Below, piece by piece: positions 62,258 to 64,000 of a stretch of DNA of 64,000 bases. The number at the start of each line of letters is the position of its first letter. Within the stretch, counting starts at the first letter, position 1. Source of the DNA: Alphaproteobacteria bacterium. Lineage in GTDB: Bacteria > Pseudomonadota > Alphaproteobacteria > GCA-2746255. The notes beneath the pieces were generated by a model. That model worked only from the letters and a program-made list of their open reading frames with translations. It searched no databases and was not told the origin of the DNA. Location: assembly GCA_965249135.1 (NCBI GenBank), contig OZ252220.1, positions 384,001 to 448,000 on the forward strand, written 5' to 3'. The position numbers and the translations under genes were made by a program.

Positions 62258-62539
62258 CTAGCAGGGCACGCTTTTACCTTCCTCCGGATCGAAGCAGCTC
62301 CCCGTCGGTTCGCAAGGATTGCACGGGTTGCAGCCGGCGAGCGTCGTGCCACCCTTCACCGCAGCCGGGTTCGGGCTTGGCATGGCCGAATTTAACTGCG
62401 GCGCCGCGTCTTGAGCCGAAAGGGCGGCTTCGGCGTAAGGGGCGGCGGACGTCATGGCGATCGCAGCGCCACCGGCGGCCAGCAGCAAGGGCAGGGCGGC
62501 GCCGGAAAAAAGCCGGGTTTTCGTGGATTTCTTTTGCAT
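62258..62539 (-). CDS. Exported Cys-rich peptide B (93 aa; ...LAGCNPCNPCEPTGSCFDPEEGKSVPC)
   Basis: GGGGGAAAG RBS before ATG 62539; signal-like N-terminus ending AEA; paralogous to 62568-62987. Confidence 0.75.
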   Translation of the reverse strand: MQKKSTKTRLFSGAALPLLLAAGGAAIAMTSAAPYAEAALSAQDAAPQLNSAMPSPNPAAVKGGTTLAGCNPCNPCEPTGSCFDPEEGKSVPC

Positions 62540-62567
62540 CGATCTTTCCCCCTGTTTCAAAAAGTTC

Positions 62568-62987
62568 TTATTTCGCATTCTCGCGCGGCCCGGAATGCGG
62601 CGTCATGAAGTCCCTGACGTCGGGCTGGGCTTCTTCGGTGTGCTTGGAGGTGCAGGGCACCGGCCGGCCGACGTCCAGATCGAAGCAAAGCTTCGTCGCA
62701 GCCTCGCTCGGGCCGCACGGATGGCAAGGGTTGCACGGATGGCAAGGGTTTGCCCCTTCGGCAAGGCGCTCATGCTTCACCGCCATTGGTTTCACCGCCA
62801 TTGGCTTCACCGCCTTCGGGTTCGGTTGGGTAGCGTTTGCGAAGGGCTGGGTGTCGGGTGCCAGGGCCGCTTCGGCGGAAAAAGTCGCAAACCCGATGAC
62901 GGCCGCCGCAGCGCCCGTGGCCAGCAGCAAAGCGGCGCCGGGTCGCCGCCTGGATGGTGAACGGGATTTCGTCAACTTTTTCTGCAT
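62568..62987 (-). CDS. Exported Cys-rich peptide A (139 aa; ...ANPCHPCNPCHPCGP...CFDLDVGRPVPC...)
   Basis: GGAG RBS before ATG 62987; signal-like N-terminus ending AEA; internal AVKPM 15-bp repeat; paralogous to peptide B. Confidence 0.75.
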   Translation of the reverse strand: MQKKLTKSRSPSRRRPGAALLLATGAAAAVIGFATFSAEAALAPDTQPFANATQPNPKAVKPMAVKPMAVKHERLAEGANPCHPCNPCHPCGPSEAATKLCFDLDVGRPVPCTSKHTEEAQPDVRDFMTPHSGPRENAK

Positions 62988-63166
62988 GGCTTTCTCCGTG
63001 CCGGCCATGAACCTTGGCTCCAGGGGCTTTTCGCTTCAAGGATAGCGGAAGGGGACTGCCTCTTGAAGCCCCGCCTCTTGAAGCCCCGGGAGCTTCGAAG
63101 CCGGGCTTTTTTGGGGCAGGGTTGGGCTATAATTGGGGCCAGATCGAACCGTTGCCTGGGCCTTTC

Positions 63167-63310
63167 ATGCCGTCCACCCGCCGCCGCAATCCCGTCGCCA
63201 AGAAGCTCGCCGCCAAGCGGTACCGCCCGAAGGTCGTCACGGACAAGACAAAATATACCCGCAAGACGAAACATAAGAAGAAGCGCACGACCCGCCGGCG
63301 CTCATCGTGA
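63167..63310 (+). CDS. 47-aa highly basic protein, ArfA-like
   Basis: RNPVAKKL...YRPKVVTDKTKYTRKTKH; TATAAT about 35 bp upstream. Confidence 0.5.
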   Translation: MPSTRRRNPVAKKLAAKRYRPKVVTDKTKYTRKTKHKKKRTTRRRSS

Positions 63311-64000
63311 ACCTCGGTCCACGACCAGGCGGAAGCCGATCAGGATGTGTTTGAGATTCCCCGGCCGCGGGTGCCAGGCGGCCGGCCGGCAGATGCCGCA
63401 GCCCTTGTCGTCCCACGAGCCACCACCTTTGACAAGGATGCGTTTCTGACCCGTGGCCGTCAGATCCTTGCCCACCAGCGTCTGCGTCCATTCGAACACT
63501 TGCCCTGCGGCATCCAGCATGCCGTAAGGGCTTGCCCCTTCCGGAAAGCTGCCGACCGGCATCGTGTCGAAGGGGCCAAGATCGTGGGTGTTCGCAAGTT
63601 CGGGCTGCCACACGTCTCCCCAGGGAAAGCGCCTTCCGTCCGTGCCGCGGGCCGCCTTTTCCCATTCCCTTGCCGTCGGCAGCCGCCACCGAAGACCGGT
63701 GCGAAGCGTCAGCCAACGGGCATAGAACTGGGCGTCGTCATAACTGACGAGGACGACGGGATGGTCTTCCCGGCCCTTGGGCGGCTTGCCATCGGCCCAA
63801 GCATGGCGGTGGGTACGCGCGTAAGGGTGGACCAGCCCGAACTGTTTCCAGGTTTCCGGCCGCACGTCCGGGGGCGGGTGGCCGGTATCGGTGATGAAGG
63901 CCGCATATTGGGCATTCGTGATCGGCGTCGTCGTAATGAAAAAGCCGGGCGTGGTAAGTTCCCGGCGCTCGACCTCGTTTTCGTACCACGCCGCCTGGCG
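63302..64000 (-). CDS. FGE-sulfatase (SUMF1/EgtB/PvdO) domain protein, 5' end outside window
   Basis: ITNAQYAAF, HPVVLVSYDDA, RLPTAREWEKAARG, FPWG, GQVFEWT, KGGGSW, IGFRLV; frame open to the window edge. Confidence 0.9.
   Translation of the reverse strand, partial: RQAAWYENEVERRELTTPGFFITTTPITNAQYAAFITDTGHPPPDVRPETWKQFGLVHPYARTHRHAWADGKPPKGREDHPVVLVSYDDAQFYARWLTLRTGLRWRLPTAREWEKAARGTDGRRFPWGDVWQPELANTHDLGPFDTMPVGSFPEGASPYGMLDAAGQVFEWTQTLVGKDLTATGQKRILVKGGGSWDDKGCGICRPAAWHPRPGNLKHILIGFRLVVDRGSR

Noticed and set aside
60641-64000. tRNA-Lys (or tRNA-Asn/Cys) as the attachment site of an integrated element
   Set aside because: No integrase and no duplicated tRNA 3' end seen within the window

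Overview
High-GC alphaproteobacterial chromosome segment; the popZ-valS, erpA-dgt-argS-SPOR-nagZ-scpAB-tatABC-serS-pcm-nlpD, yajC-secDF and uvrA-ssb-gyrA-coaD gene orders are typical of the class. About 22.6-47 kb and 51-61 kb are core genes, and there are three tRNAs (Asn, Cys, Lys). Accessory regions: (1) a copper locus with a CopL/CutF-like leader, copA, copB, a Met-rich repeat protein and DUF2231; (2) an lvaCAB-like module converging on a 2-hydroxyisobutyrate (2-HIBA) catabolic locus. This locus encodes both a ThDP 2-hydroxyacyl-CoA lyase and a B12 mutase system (hcmB, hcl, meaH, hcmA) under a shared GntR-type operator. Its hcmA is tandemly duplicated, and the two 1.7-kb copies appear identical except for one 108-bp active-site patch with 20 differences; (3) a lower-GC OLD-family nuclease islet bracketed by a 144-bp duplication of a pcm 3' end; (4) a group II intron inserted antisense exactly between the last codon and the stop codon of a DUF4399 gene, with a frameshifted maturase; (5) two paralogous exported Cys-rich (xPC)n peptides followed by three GYD-domain paralogs, next to an FGE/SUMF1-type gene and an ArfA-like small ORF. 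The best candidates for undescribed biology are the dual-hcmA plus lyase locus and the (xPC)n peptide/GYD cluster. All family calls come from motif recognition and recall of reference proteins, not from database searches.
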